Part shown: positions 1 through 13,700 of the stretch, one piece after another
Layout: each line of letters starts with the position of its first letter
How positions within the stretch are numbered: position 1 is the stretch's first letter
Origin: Blepharisma stoltei ATCC 30299
Taxonomy: Eukaryota; Protista; Ciliophora
Assembly (NCBI GenBank): GCA_965603825.1
Contig: CBFDEM010000029.1
Location: 1 to 64,000 of the forward strand
Length of the DNA stretch: 64,000 nt
Reading direction: 5' to 3'
Notes under the pieces: model-generated
Told to the model about the DNA's origin: nothing
Databases searched by the model: none
Seen by the model: only the letters and a program-made list of their open reading frames with translations
Translations under genes and position numbers: made by a program

Positions 1-3000
1 TAACACCCTAACACCCTAACACCCAAACACCCTAACACCCTAACACCCTAACACCCTAACACCCTAACACCCTAACACCCTAACACCCTAACACCAAACA
101 CCTAACACCCTAACACCCTAACACCCTAACACCCTAACACCCTAACACCCTAACACCCTAACACCCTAACACCCTAACACCCTAACACCCTAACACCCTA
201 ACACCCTAACACCCTAACACCCTAACACCCTAACACCCTAACACCCTAACACCTAACACCCTAACACCCTAACACCCTAACACCCTAACACCCTAACACC
301 CTAACACCCTAACACCCTAACACCCTAACACCCTAACACCCTAACACCCTAACACCCTAACACCCTAACACCCTAACACCCTAACACCCTAACACCCTAA
401 CACCCTAACACCCTAACACCCTAACACCCTAACACCCTAACACCCTAACACCCTAACACCCTAACACCCTAACACCCTAACACCCTAACACCCTAACACC
501 CTAACACCCTAACACCCTAACACCCTAACACCCTAACACCCTAACACCCTAACACCCTAACACCCTAACACCCTAACACCCTAACACCCTAACACCCTAA
601 CACCCTAACACCCTAACACCCTAACACCCTAACACCCTAACACCCTAACACCCTAACACCCTAACACCCTAACACCCTAACACCCTAACACCCTAACACC
701 CTAACACCCTAACACCCTAACACCCTAACACCCTAACACCCTAACACCCTAACACCCCTAACACCCTAACACCCTAACACCCTAACACCCTAACACCCTA
801 ACACCCTAACACCCTAACACCCTAACACCCTAACACCCTAACACCCTAACACCCTAACACCCTAACACCCTAACACCCTAACACCCTAACACCCTAACAC
901 CCTACACCTAACACCCTAACACCCTAACACCCTAACACCCTAACACCCTAACACCCTAACACCACCCTAACACCCTAACACCCTAACACCCTAACACCCT
1001 AACACCCTAACACCCTAACACCCTAACACCCTAACACCCTAACACCCTAACACCCTAACACCCTAACACCCTAACACCCTAACACCCTAACACCCTAACA
1101 CCCTAACACCCTAACACCCTAACACCCTAACACACCCTAACACCCTAACACCCTAACACCCTAACACCCTAACACCCTAACACCCTAACACCCTAACACC
1201 CTAACACCCTAACACCCTAACACCCTAACACCCTAACACCCTAACACCCCTAACACCCTAACACCCTAACACCCTAACACCCTAACACCCTAACACCCTA
1301 ACACCCTAACACCCTAACACCCTAACCCTAACACCCTAACACCCTAACACCCTAACACCCTAACACCCTAACACCCAAACACCCTAACACCCTAACACCC
1401 TAACACCCTAACACCCTAACACCCTAACACCCTAACACCCTAACACCCTAACACCCTAACACCCTAACACCCTAACACCCTAACACCCTAACACCCTAAC
1501 ACCCTAACACCCTAACACCCTAACACCCTAACACCCTAACACCCTAACACCCTAACACCCTAACACCCTAACACCCTAACACCCTAACACCCTAACACCC
1601 TAACACCCTAACACCCCTAACACCCTAACACCCTAACACCCTAACACCCTAACACCCTAACACCCTAACACCCTAACACCCTAACACCCTAACACCCTAA
1701 CACCCTAACACCCTAACACCCTAACACCCTAACACCCTAACACCCTAACACCCTAACACCCTAACACCCTAACACCCTAACACCCTAACACCCTAACACC
1801 CTAACACCCTAACACCCTAACACCCTAACACCCTAACACCCTAACACCCTAACACCCTAACACCCTAACACCCTAACACCCTAACACCCTAACACCCTAA
1901 CACCCTAACACCCTAACACCCTAACACCCTAACACCCTAACACCCTAACACCCTAACACCCTAACACCCTAACACCCTAACACCCTAACACCCTAACACC
2001 CTAACACCCTAACACCCTAACACCCTAACACCCTAACACCCTAACACCCTAACACCCTAACACCCTAACACCCTAACACCCTAACACCCTAACACCCTAA
2101 CACCCTAACACCCTAACACCCTAACACCCTAACACCCTAACACCCTAACACCCTAACACCCTAACACCCTAACACCCTAACACCCTAACACCCTAACACC
2201 CTAACACCCTAACACCCTAACACCCTAACACCCTAACACCCTAACACCCTAACACCCTAACACCCTAACACCCTAACACCCTAACACCCTAACACCCTAA
2301 CACCCTAACACCCTAACACCCTAACACCCTAACACCCTAACACCCTAACACCCTAACACCCTAACACCCTAACACCCTAACACCCTAACACCCTAACACC
2401 CTAACACCCTAACACCCTAACACCCTAACACCCTAACACCCTAACACCCTAACACCCTAACACCCTAACACCCTAACACCCTAACACCCTAACACCCTAA
2501 CACCCTAACACCCTAACACCCTAACACCCTAACACCCTAACACCCTAACACCCTAACACCCTAACACCCTAACACCCTAACACCCTAACACCTAACACCC
2601 TAACACCCTAACACCCTAACACCCTAACACCCTAACACCCTAACACCCTAACACCCTAACACCCTAACACCCTAACACCCTAACACCCTAACACCCTAAC
2701 ACCCTAACACCCTAACACCCTAACACCCTAACACCCTAACACCCTAACACCCTAACACCCTAACACCCTAACACCCTAACACCCTAACACCCTAACACCC
2801 TAACACCCTAACACCCTAACACCCTAACACCCTAACACCCTAACACCCTAACACCCTAACACCCTAACACCCTAACACCCTAACACCCTAACACCCTAAC
2901 ACCCTAACACCCTAACACCCTAACACCCTAACACCCTAACACCCTAACACCCTAACACCCTAACACCCTAACACCCTAACACCCTAACACCCTAACACCC

Positions 3001-3878
3001 TAACACCCTAACACCCTAACACCCTAACACCCTAACACCTAACACCCTAACACCCTAACACCCTAACACCCTAACACCCTAACACCCTAACACCCTAACA
3101 CCCTAACACCCTAACACCCTAACACCCTAACACCCTAACACCCTAACACCCTAACACCCTAACACCCTAACACCCTAACACCCTAACACCCTAACACCCT
3201 AACACCCTAACACCCTAACACCCTAACACCCTAACACCCTAACACCCTAACCCTAACACCCTAACACCCTAACACCCTAACACCCTAACACCCTAACACC
3301 CTAACACCCTAACACCCTAACACCCTAACACCCTAACACCCTAACACCCTAACACCCTAACACCCTAACACCCTAACACCTAACACCTAACACCCTACCC
3401 TAACACCCTAACACCCTAACACCCTAACACCCTAACACCCTAACACCCTAACACCCTAACACCCTAACACCCTAACACCCTAACACCCTAACACCCTAAC
3501 ACCCTAACACCCTAACACCCTAACACCCTAACACCCTAACACCCTAACACCCTAACACCCTAACACCCTAACACCCTAACACCCTAACACCCTAACACCC
3601 TAACACCCTAACACCCTAACACCCTAACACCCTAACACCCTAACACCCTAACACCCTAACACCCTAACACCCTAACACCCTAACACCCTAACACCTAACC
3701 CTAACACCCTAACACCCTAACACCCTAACACCCTAACACCCTAACACCTAACACCCTAACACCCTAACACCCTAACACCCTAACACCCTAACACCCTAAC
3801 ACCCTAACACCCTAACACCCTAACACCCTAACACCCTAACACCCTAACACCCTAACACCCTAACACCCTAACACCCTA
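1..3878 (+). repeat. Telomeric repeat array (CCCTAACA)n, ~480 units; macronuclear chromosome left end
   Basis: Continuous 8-mer CCCTAACA array from base 1 to ~3878 with occasional single-base variants; CCCTAACA is the telomere unit known from the heterotrichs Stentor and Blepharisma. Confidence 0.98.
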
Positions 3879-4605
3879 TTGGATAATTCACTTCATAATT
3901 ATAAAAACTAGTAACAGTTGGCGAGGAATTCATATAAAATTTTAAATTTACTTGGTTGCAAGATGCTTGCTCAAGTTGGAATGAAACCGTTTGCCAAACA
4001 GTGGTATAGACGTTGCTATAAGCTGTTACCTTTGTCTGATTAGAATCATTCGAGTCTAATAATAGCACCTTTAATATAAAGGTGTTAGAGCCTACGATAC
4101 ATTCAATATAATAGCCAGAATTATAAAAAAAAGTAAAAATCTGTCCTGCAGCCAAAGGGCGGATTCATATATTTAAAGTAAAATAAAGAGCGGCATAATA
4201 TCCTGAAGTAAGTCCCAAAGATGAAGGCGGAGCAAAATAAAATCCTCGATCTACAATAGGAAGAGGAGAGCTTTTTGAAATAGAGCTGAAAGAACTTCCT
4301 CCCGAGAAGTGCTCTGAAGGGTTAAGGGCATTTGCTATATAATTTTTGGTTAAATCCTGGACAGTTCAGAAATTTAGCTGAAATAGTATAGGAGAAGTTG
4401 GGAGACTGCAAGCAGTGCAAACAGTCGAACCTGATGTTGTAGTGCAAACTTTTGTGAATTTTGAAGAGCAAAACGCAGTACAAACCTTACCATCAGTCAT
4501 TAAACTATAAGTAGAATCTGTACATGAGCCAGAAAGGCTGTATTTAGGGCATGCTGAAAAAATCAACAAAAATAAGGAGATAAAGCTTACAAGCAACAAT
4601 GTCAT
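3868..4605 (-). pseudogene. Telomere-truncated 5' fragment (signal peptide + first module) of a giant Cys-rich/LamG-like surface protein
   Basis: ORFs 4366..4605 and 3868..4155 share a frame and join through TGA=Trp at 4366 and 4165; signal peptide MTLLLVSFISLFLLIFSA; SPLPIVDRGFYF...FTLNIWIRP matches SPLPTVDRGFYF...FTMNIW of the gene at 7768; the frame runs into the telomere, which provides TAG. Confidence 0.85.
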
Positions 4606-5595
4606 TTATAGATTATGCATTTATATAATACTAATATGTGACTTTAATCTCAGTTAGTAAAAGAAAAGTTAGCGATTTAAATAAATAAAGCATTAAAAAT
4701 TATGAGAATTAGTAAGGCCGCTGCAGTACAGCATAATTTCTTATCAAGAGGCATCATTTGATTTCTTTCCAAGAAGCATTATTTTATTTGATTTTAAGAA
4801 TCTTTTACCTTATATGTTTGGCGAGTTTCGAAATTTAAGTTTATTTTTATCGACCTAAAAATTTAATAAATACTAATTTTAGGTTCTTATAAAATTCTCA
4901 TTAGATTCAAAAATAAGGTGGAAGAAATTTGTGATCATTAAGTTTGATCTATTAAGAATAGAAACTAAAAATAGAATTTCAATAATCAAAATGTATTGTT
5001 TTTATAATTTTCTTTAAGAATATTCCTAAGTCTAAAATTTATTTTTTCTGATAAAAAAGTCAATCTGATCTTAAATCAATTTTCTGCTTAAAGATCTGAG
5101 TCTGATCTTATTTTTCTGATAATAAATATAAAAATTTTCTGATCAATAGTAAGATTACTCTTAGTAGGATTACAACAATTCAAGTTGAATCTGAGAAACA
5201 AGTTTTTAAGACTTCACATAGTAAATGTGCGATGCTTAAAAGGACAAATGTGGTTAATATAGAGATGATATTGTGCAGCTTTTGGTGAAGAAATTCCTAA
5301 AATGAGAATTGCTTCTAATTAGCCTTTAATCAGTCTTTGAGGTATGATAACCTTGGCCAATCCACTTTGGTTTTTAGATAGGGATGTGGTATTAAAACTC
5401 ATCATAATCAATATCAAGATCTATAATATATAAAAATATAATAAACTAATTATTTTCCTTACAATTTAAGTATTTAAAACAGTTTTGATCAAAGCAACAG
5501 TTCTTTGCATTTTTTCTAATCATTCCTCGTTATTTATTTCCAATTTGTCATTTTCCCTATCCCTTCTTATACCACCTCATATTAAATTTTAATTA

Positions 5596-7659
5596 ATGTT
5601 ATACTTAAAAAGGCTATCTCCCCTATTTCCTAAACTTCCTAGCCTTTCAAGAAGCATTATAACGAAAACCTCTCCACTACTAATCAAAAAGAAACAAGTG
5701 ATTATATCTCCTTCTATGACTTTATCAAATCTCGCAACCCAAATGGATATCAATATGAATACCCTTTTGTATGCTTTAAGAGATATCGAATCCAACAATA
5801 AACTAGACCAGGAATCCTTTGTATCTGCAGAAACAGCAGAAATTTTGGCCCATGAGTTCAATTGTTTGCCGACTTATCCACAAAAAGAAGCAAAATTTCC
5901 TTTGAGACCTCCAGTGGTCACTATCATGGGTCATGTCGATCATGGAAAAACTACCTTGCTGGACAGCTTTAGGAATTCGAATATATGTGCTTCCGAGTAT
6001 GGAGGAATCACACAGTCAATTGGAGCTTTTTCAATGAAAACCAGCTCAGGTGGAATTATCACATTTATAGACACCCCAGGACACAAAGCCTTTACTAATA
6101 TGCGAGCACGTGGAGCTGAAATCACCGACATAGTCATTTTAGTTGTATGTGCCACAGAAGGCGTTCAGCCTACAACTCTTGAGTCCATTCGGCATGCGAG
6201 AGAAGCTGACGTACCAGTTATAGTAGCTTTAAATAAAATTGATTTGCCTAACGCTGATGCAAATCGTGTTGAGCTGCAATTACTTGATGCAGGGGTTGAA
6301 TTGGAAAAATTTGGAGGAGAAGTGATGAGTATCCAAATTTCCGCAAAAAAGAGGATGAATTTGGACCAGCTAGAAGAAGCGATTTTATTTAAATCAGAAT
6401 TAATGGATTTGAGGGCGGATAAAACCGGTTTTGCAAGAGGGACAATAATTGAATCTAAAATCATAGAAGGTAGAGGCAGTTTGTGCAGTCTTCTGGTGCA
6501 AAAAGGAACCCTTAAGCCTGGTGATAACTTAGTCAGTGGAAATGTCTACGGAAAAATTCGATTTATTTTGAATGAATTCGGAGAACAGTTAAAAGAAGCC
6601 TTGCCAAGCCAAGCAGTTGAAGTTACTGGACTAAACGATATGCCTGATTCCGGAAACGATCTTATAATTGTGTCGAGTCCAGCAAAAGCCAAAGCCATTG
6701 CGGATAGAAGAAAAAACGAAAAAGAAAGAGAAGAGGCAGAAAAGAAAGAAAAGGAAGTAAAGATTGTTCTGCCTAAGCTAAGTTATCAAGAGCGTAGAGG
6801 GCTCAGGACCCAAAAAACAAATATGATTGTGGAGAGACTAAAAGATGAGCTTGAACAAGTGAAAGCTGGGGCAGAGTTAAATGCTTTTCGAGACCTTAAG
6901 AAAATTAAAGATAAATTAGGAAAAGGCATGTCATTTGAAGAAAATTTAGAGAAAATCCAAGAAATGTTTAGTGATAAAGAGGAAAAATCAATAAATGTGT
7001 TCTTAAAAGCACAGAACTTCGGGATGCTAGAGGCCTTAGAAGATTCTGTGAATATACTTGGTAGAGAGAAAAATGTGCCAATTCGGATAATTCAGTCTGA
7101 AGTTGGAGCAATAACATCCCAAGAAATCGAATTTGCAAAAGAGCAAAAAGGAGTCATACTGTGTATGGATCTAAGAATACCAAGGAACGTCATGGCAAAA
7201 GCTCAAAAGCTCGGCGTCGCTATAAAGTCCCATAAAATCATATATCACCTGCTGGCTGATGTGAATAACCTCATCCTTGACTTTACAGAGCCCCTATATG
7301 TGACAGAAACTTTGGGAAAAGCTGAAGTAAAGCAAATTTTTAGCATATCAGAAAAAGGAAGCAAAAGTAAATTGGTTGGAGGGATATACGTTATTAATGG
7401 CTCAATACAAAGAAGAGGGAAATTCAAAGTTATCAGAGATGGAGACGTTGTTTACCAAGATGCTGAAGCAGACAGCTTAAGGAAATTAAAGGAGCACGTA
7501 AAAGAAGTCGTCCAAGGCCATGAAGGAGGAATAGGATTAGAAGATGATGTCATTCTAAAAGTTGGAGACATATTGGAGTGCTATGAAACTAAGAGAAGGA
7601 AAAATTATTTCAATCCTACACAATCTGAAGTAGAAGCTTCTGAAGTACAAGATAAGTAG
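5596..7659 (+). CDS. MTIF2: Mitochondrial translation initiation factor IF-2
   Basis: RPPVVTIMGHVDHGKTTLLD (G1), GGITQSIGAF, DTPGH, NKID GTPase motifs; IF2 C-terminal domain; basic/Ser-rich N-terminal presequence. Confidence 0.95.
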   Translation: MLYLKRLSPLFPKLPSLSRSIITKTSPLLIKKKQVIISPSMTLSNLATQMDINMNTLLYALRDIESNNKLDQESFVSAETAEILAHEFNCLPTYPQKEAKFPLRPPVVTIMGHVDHGKTTLLDSFRNSNICASEYGGITQSIGAFSMKTSSGGIITFIDTPGHKAFTNMRARGAEITDIVILVVCATEGVQPTTLESIRHAREADVPVIVALNKIDLPNADANRVELQLLDAGVELEKFGGEVMSIQISAKKRMNLDQLEEAILFKSELMDLRADKTGFARGTIIESKIIEGRGSLCSLLVQKGTLKPGDNLVSGNVYGKIRFILNEFGEQLKEALPSQAVEVTGLNDMPDSGNDLIIVSSPAKAKAIADRRKNEKEREEAEKKEKEVKIVLPKLSYQERRGLRTQKTNMIVERLKDELEQVKAGAELNAFRDLKKIKDKLGKGMSFEENLEKIQEMFSDKEEKSINVFLKAQNFGMLEALEDSVNILGREKNVPIRIIQSEVGAITSQEIEFAKEQKGVILCMDLRIPRNVMAKAQKLGVAIKSHKIIYHLLADVNNLILDFTEPLYVTETLGKAEVKQIFSISEKGSKSKLVGGIYVINGSIQRRGKFKVIRDGDVVYQDAEADSLRKLKEHVKEVVQGHEGGIGLEDDVILKVGDILECYETKRRKNYFNPTQSEVEASEVQDK

Positions 7660-7767
7660 CGAATAACTATATAATAGATCTTTCTGAACATTCATATATG
7701 GTTGTTGCATAAAATGGTGAGTTGTTTGCTCGAGCTTATATTTTTAATTTTCTCCGAATATAAATTA

Positions 7768-10700
7768 ATGAGGATGCGAATGTGCTTATTTATAGTCTTT
7801 CTTCTACCATTGGTAATATCTCAATGCTGCTTATTTTGTGACCCATCTTATTGTGCGACTCCCTGTACTCTCTGTTCTACTGGCTACAGTCTGATCGGGA
7901 ATTTACTCTGTGTAGAAACTTGTCCAACTAATTCAGCATTTTCTCCAACTCCAATTCTATCCTGCTCAGCCCCATCTGGTCAAATTTTCCTTATTGATTT
8001 TACAACTCAGAAGGACCTTACTGCAAATTCGATTGACAATTTTTCAACACCTTTAAACGTTCAATTTGATAATTTAAGTCTAACTAGCCCTCTTCCTACA
8101 GTAGATAGAGGTTTTTACTTTGCTTCTACTTCAAGTATAGAAAATTCAAATCATTATATCCCAGGCTATCTATTTACAATGAATATTTGAATTTTCCCCA
8201 TTTCTTCTGGTGTGATATTTAAGACAAAAATTGGAACTTTAGAATTTATTAAAATTGAAGCTTTATCTGGGAATTATCAGATGAGTTTATTATTGAAAGA
8301 CCAGCTCAACTTTGGAAATAATGATTTAGAAGTGAGGCAAGCATCTGGATTAAGTAATGCTTGAGAGTCAGTGACTTTTCAATTTATGCAAACAGCTTAT
8401 AACTCAATTGATTTTCAAATTATTATAAATAATGCTCAAACAGCATTTATTATTTCAGACAAAGAGGCAAACTTTCCTAATGGAAGCTATGATTGAGTTA
8501 TTGGGGACCCAGCAAATTCTTTTCAAGGCTTCATTTACTGGATTCAAGTTAATAGTGATAATACAATAAATTTTCCTGCCATCAGTCCTCCAACCTGCCA
8601 AAATTCTTATTACTATGATGGATCAAATTGCCAATTATGTAGTGGTTCTTGTCAAAACTGACCATGATGTGTCAGAAGTGAAAATTGTTTAGTATGCAAA
8701 AACTTAGATTGCACGGCTTGTAATGGTTATGAAAATTCAATGTGCACAAGCTGCAATACTGGACTGGCTCCAGGCTGTTGTGACTCTTTGTGTGATGTTT
8801 GTAGTCAAACTTGGAGCTGCAGTACATGCAAAGCAGGAAAATTTTTGATTGACGGGGTATGCTTAAATTCATGTCCATATGGTTTTGGAAGCTGTGCTAC
8901 AAATACTGGAATTTTGATTTCGACTGATTTTAATGTTCCTTTTGCAGGAAGTTATGGGATTTTTACTACTGGGACTGACTCTTCAAGTTATCAATTTTTT
9001 GACACTCCAGAAACAATAGATCCTGTACCATCTCAAAATCGCGGTCTGTATTTTTCATCTGGGAAATATTTAGCAGGTGCTATTGATCTTTCACATACAT
9101 TTACAATTTCCTTATGAATCAGACCTGAATCAGGTGATATTTTAGGGAATTCATATGGGAGCCTCAAGGTTTCTTCTGCAGGCTTAGTTACTTTGCTTTT
9201 AGATTCATGGGATAATACATCAACAGCCTCTTTATCTAACTCAGTCTTAATCAGCGCCTCTAGCTGAAAATATCTATCTTTTTCAATAAACTTTTCCAAT
9301 AAACAAACAACACTTATTGTGTACTCCGATAGCTCGCCAAGTGCACTGAATTCGATTAGCGACTATGTATTTAGACCTGCTAGCAATGATCAGTTATTTA
9401 TAGGAAAGAGTGTTTCGGATAATTATAATGGATTTGTAAGCTATTTTAAACTCTGGGGAGGGGTTATCAATGATTTTTCCGGAGAAATGGGAGATGGAGG
9501 ATGTGGATCTGGGAATGGAATCAATTGCTTGTGGAATTGCGGATTTTTGTTTTGGGGATCAGCCTGCACTGCATGTGATGGAGGATGCACACTTGGATGT
9601 GTTTTAAATGGAAATTGCAACATCTGCAATGATAATTTATGTCAAATTTGTAGTTCTTTTAACAGTGAAAGCTGTAGTCAATGCATAACAAGCGCAGCAG
9701 GAAATCCATGTGCATGCAATTCCGGATATTATAAGCCAACTGGGCTATCTATATGCAATCAATGCGACACTTCCTGCACTGCATGCTCTGGCCCAGGCTA
9801 TTACTCATGCACTGCCTGCCCATTAGGGACTTATTTACTTAGAGGAATTTGCATGACTACTTGCCCATCACAATATTCTCAAAACAGCACGCTAAATAAG
9901 TGTACCCAAATCACAAATTTGGTAATATCTGGCACTTTTTATGAAATTATTATTTTAAACATAATTTCTACTTTTCAGGTTGGGTCAAAAAATTATAATA
10001 CATATCCAAGCTACGATAGCAATGATCCTATACCATCTTATGACAGAGGATATTATTTCAAATCTTCAAGCTATTTAATAAATTCAGGAAATTATATGTC
10101 ACCTTATTTCTCTTTGAATTTTTGGATATATCCTACATCTGGAGGTATTCTATTTAGAAAATCTTCAACACTAACTACTTATATTTCAATCTCGATTGCC
10201 TCAGGGACAGGCTATCCAACAGTTTCATTAACTTTATCTAACGCTTCTGGATTGAATTTATCAGGAACTTCTTCTGTATTAAATAGTTGAAATTATCTAT
10301 CAATAATTGGACTCGTTTCTTCTGGTAAAACGAGTTTAAGCATGTATATTAATGATGCTCTTGCAGCTACATCAACATCAGTAAATTTAGCATATTTATA
10401 TGATTTAGGGGATATGTATATTGGGAAATCATCTGAAGGATTCGCAGGCTACTTATGAAGTCTTTCTGCTTATAACGATGAAACAAAATATGATGCTGAT
10501 TGGAACTCAGCTGGCTGTGGAGGCTCTCCATGCCCAAGCGGGATAACACTTCCTATGTGCTCATTTTTATCATATTTAGACTCTTCGACATCAACATGCA
10601 CGAACTGCCTTGCTTCCTGCACAAATGGCTGTAGGAATAGCATTTCATGTGGACTTTGCCAAATGCCTCCATGCTATAGCTGTTTATCATTTTCAGGCCC

Positions 10701-13700
10701 ATGCACTTTGTGTGTTTCCAATGCATCCCCTGATGGAAATGGAGGTTGTGCTTGCAACGATCAATATTTTTGGTATTCAGTTACTCTAAAATGTGATGTA
10801 TGCGACTGGAACTGCAAAACTTGTTTAGGCACTACATATTTTGAGTGTTCAGAATGCTTCTCACAATATACTCTCGTAGGATTAAACTGCTTATATGCTT
10901 GCCCATATGGTTTTGGCTCTGGCTGTTCCCCAGTGTCAACACCTGTTATCAATGAATTTTTTAATAGCAGCCTTCAGTTAACTTATGGAGTATTCAAAAC
11001 CAAAATGGACTCAAATCGCTACAGCTTTTTCCAAACCCTTGATAATAATGATGCAGTAACTCCTGATCAAAGAGGGTTGTTCGTTAATGAAGCACTATAT
11101 TTACAAACGAATAATTTTTGGCTCAATCATGACATTTCAGTAGGTATTTGGGTAAATACTGTGACAGATGGAAATATGTTATCCTATTCTTCATCGTTAT
11201 ATAATTATGATTTTGTTTTTTCTACTGATGGATCTTTACTGTACCAATTATGTGATAGATGGAGGACAAAATTTAAATTTTCACTAGCAAGTGCGGTTAT
11301 ACCTAGCAATTCATGGAATTATTTATCGTTTACAATAAGCTATGGATATAGCAGCACCAATGTCAATATATACGCGAATGGAAATTCTGTCACAACTCAT
11401 ACGAATTATAATTACATATTTAGACCAAAAACTATAAGTTACTTAAGAATCAATGCCTATTATAACTGCTTTGCAGGATACATTTACTCATTGCAACTGT
11501 GAAATGCCTTGGTTACTGATTTTTCTTCATGAATTGATGATAATATTTGTGGAACTGGGCTTGCAAGCACATGCCTATATCCCTATACATCCACTTTATA
11601 TAATGATATTACAACCTGTGCTGCTTGTGATAGCTCTCTAACAGGTTGTCTTAGAAGCATTCTTTGCAATCAATGCGATGACCCATTATGTGCTACTTGC
11701 ACCAATTTTAGCCCAGGATCATGCACAACCTGCGTAGCTAATGCTGCAGGGGCTCCTTCTCAAACTTGCGCATGCAACGATGGGTATTTCACTATGTACA
11801 CCTATACTTGTATGGCATGCCCAGCAGGCTGCCAACATTGTTTGAGTTGGCTTTATAACTCTTGTACAGTATGCTTCTCAGGCTATTACTTAAACAACGG
11901 CATCTGTGTTTCTACATGTCCTGATGGGTATACTATGAATTCTTCAACAAACAACTGTGATCCCTCCGACTCTGCTGCATACTTTCTAGATTTTTATGGC
12001 CTACTTAAGCTCGATACAATAGGTTCCCTCAATATAGGCTCTGACAACACAAATACATACCCTAACTATGACACTAATGATCCTTTTCCAGCAATAAACC
12101 GCGGATATTATTTTTCTGGCACAGATGTCGCATCTATGCCTTATATGTTTGGGCCGACTTTTACAATTTCTATATGGCTCAAAGCTCTTCAAAATGGAAC
12201 TGTCCTTACGAAATACAACACAAATCCAATACTCCAAATACGAATAAATAGCCAAGGCGAAGCAATCTTAAATTGCACAATGACAACATTTTGAACTACA
12301 GGCTCAATAAATATAACCACAGATACAAGTTTATTCGACTCTTGATATTTATTTTCAACAACAGCTAGTTTGTTTTCTGATACTTCTCAGATATCGAATT
12401 TGAGCGTTTATGGAGCAACAACTTTTAATGTATATGTTAATGGAGTTGTCGACCAAACTAAGACTGTAGCTGCTCTTTCTTACGTAGGAGATTCAACTTC
12501 AGGACTGCTTTATATAGGAAATGATAATTCCTTGAACAATGGATTCCAAGGGTTTATTGATAGAATCAACATATATACAGATGCAGCTAGCTACGCACTG
12601 GACTATGTCAGCACGGGGTGCAATGGGGCTTGCTCTCAATGTCCTAGCACTCTTGTGTGCCTTAGTGATTGCTTAATAAGCACATATCCTGGTGCAACCT
12701 GTGCTAGCTGTTTATCAAGCTGCAACAATGGCTGTATAAACGGGCAAACTTGTAGGCTATGCAAGCAAAGCACCTGTTTATCATGTGATGAATTTACTGG
12801 AGACTGTTTCACTTGTATACCTAATGCATATCTTGATATTGGCTCTTGTTACTGCAATGCATATGCTGTCTTTGATATCCCAACACAAAGCTGTATTAGC
12901 TGTGACAATTTATGTCAAACTTGTGCATCAACTGCACTCTTTGAGTGCAGTGTTTGTGGAACTGCAAATTTTTTAATAGGAAATTTATGCATACGAGAGT
13001 GTCCATATGGGTTTTCTTCTCCCAGCTGTGGATCTGTATCAACTGCAGTAATTGACCAAACCTTTTATGGGGATTTTGCAGGAAGCTATGGAGATTTTGT
13101 AACAGGGATGAGTGCAATTTATTATCAGTTTTGGGATTCTCCTGAGTCAGTTGATCCTACTCCAGCCTATAAAAGAGGGCTTTATTTCGCTCCTGGCCAA
13201 ATTCTATATTCAAACGCAGAGATTTATCTTTCACATAGTTTTTCAATTGGGGTTTGGGTATATACAATTACAAATGGTGACATCATATATAAGCAGACTC
13301 ATTTAATATTAGCATCTGATGGATTTTTAACAGTTTTACTAGAAGATCCAAACGAAGTAACAGCTTCATCAATCTCTCCCGCGATTTCATCCCTTTCTGG
13401 ATGAAACTATATTTCATTTACTGTTGTTTCTTCAAGCACAATAACGTCTGTTACTGTTTATTCAAATAATGTAGCAAAAACGCCTGTAACTGCTAATAGT
13501 ATGATTTTCAGAGATCAAGCTGCGAAAACACTTTATATAGGAAAAAGCACGACTGCCAATTTTAAAGGCTTTATTTATTGGTTTACGCTATGAAATGTCC
13601 CAATTACTGATTTTTCTTCACAAGTAAATAACTTATGCGGAACTGGGCTAGGCAAAAGCTGTCTGTGGGCTTGTGATATTAATAATTATTATACGGGATC

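Noticed and set aside
1-3878. CRISPR array or coding repeat
   Set aside because: Pure 8-mer tandem repeat without spacers, at the contig end
5200-5405. Small gene in the less AT-rich part of the first intergenic region
   Set aside because: Frames examined close quickly with TAA and no canonical tiny intron rescues them
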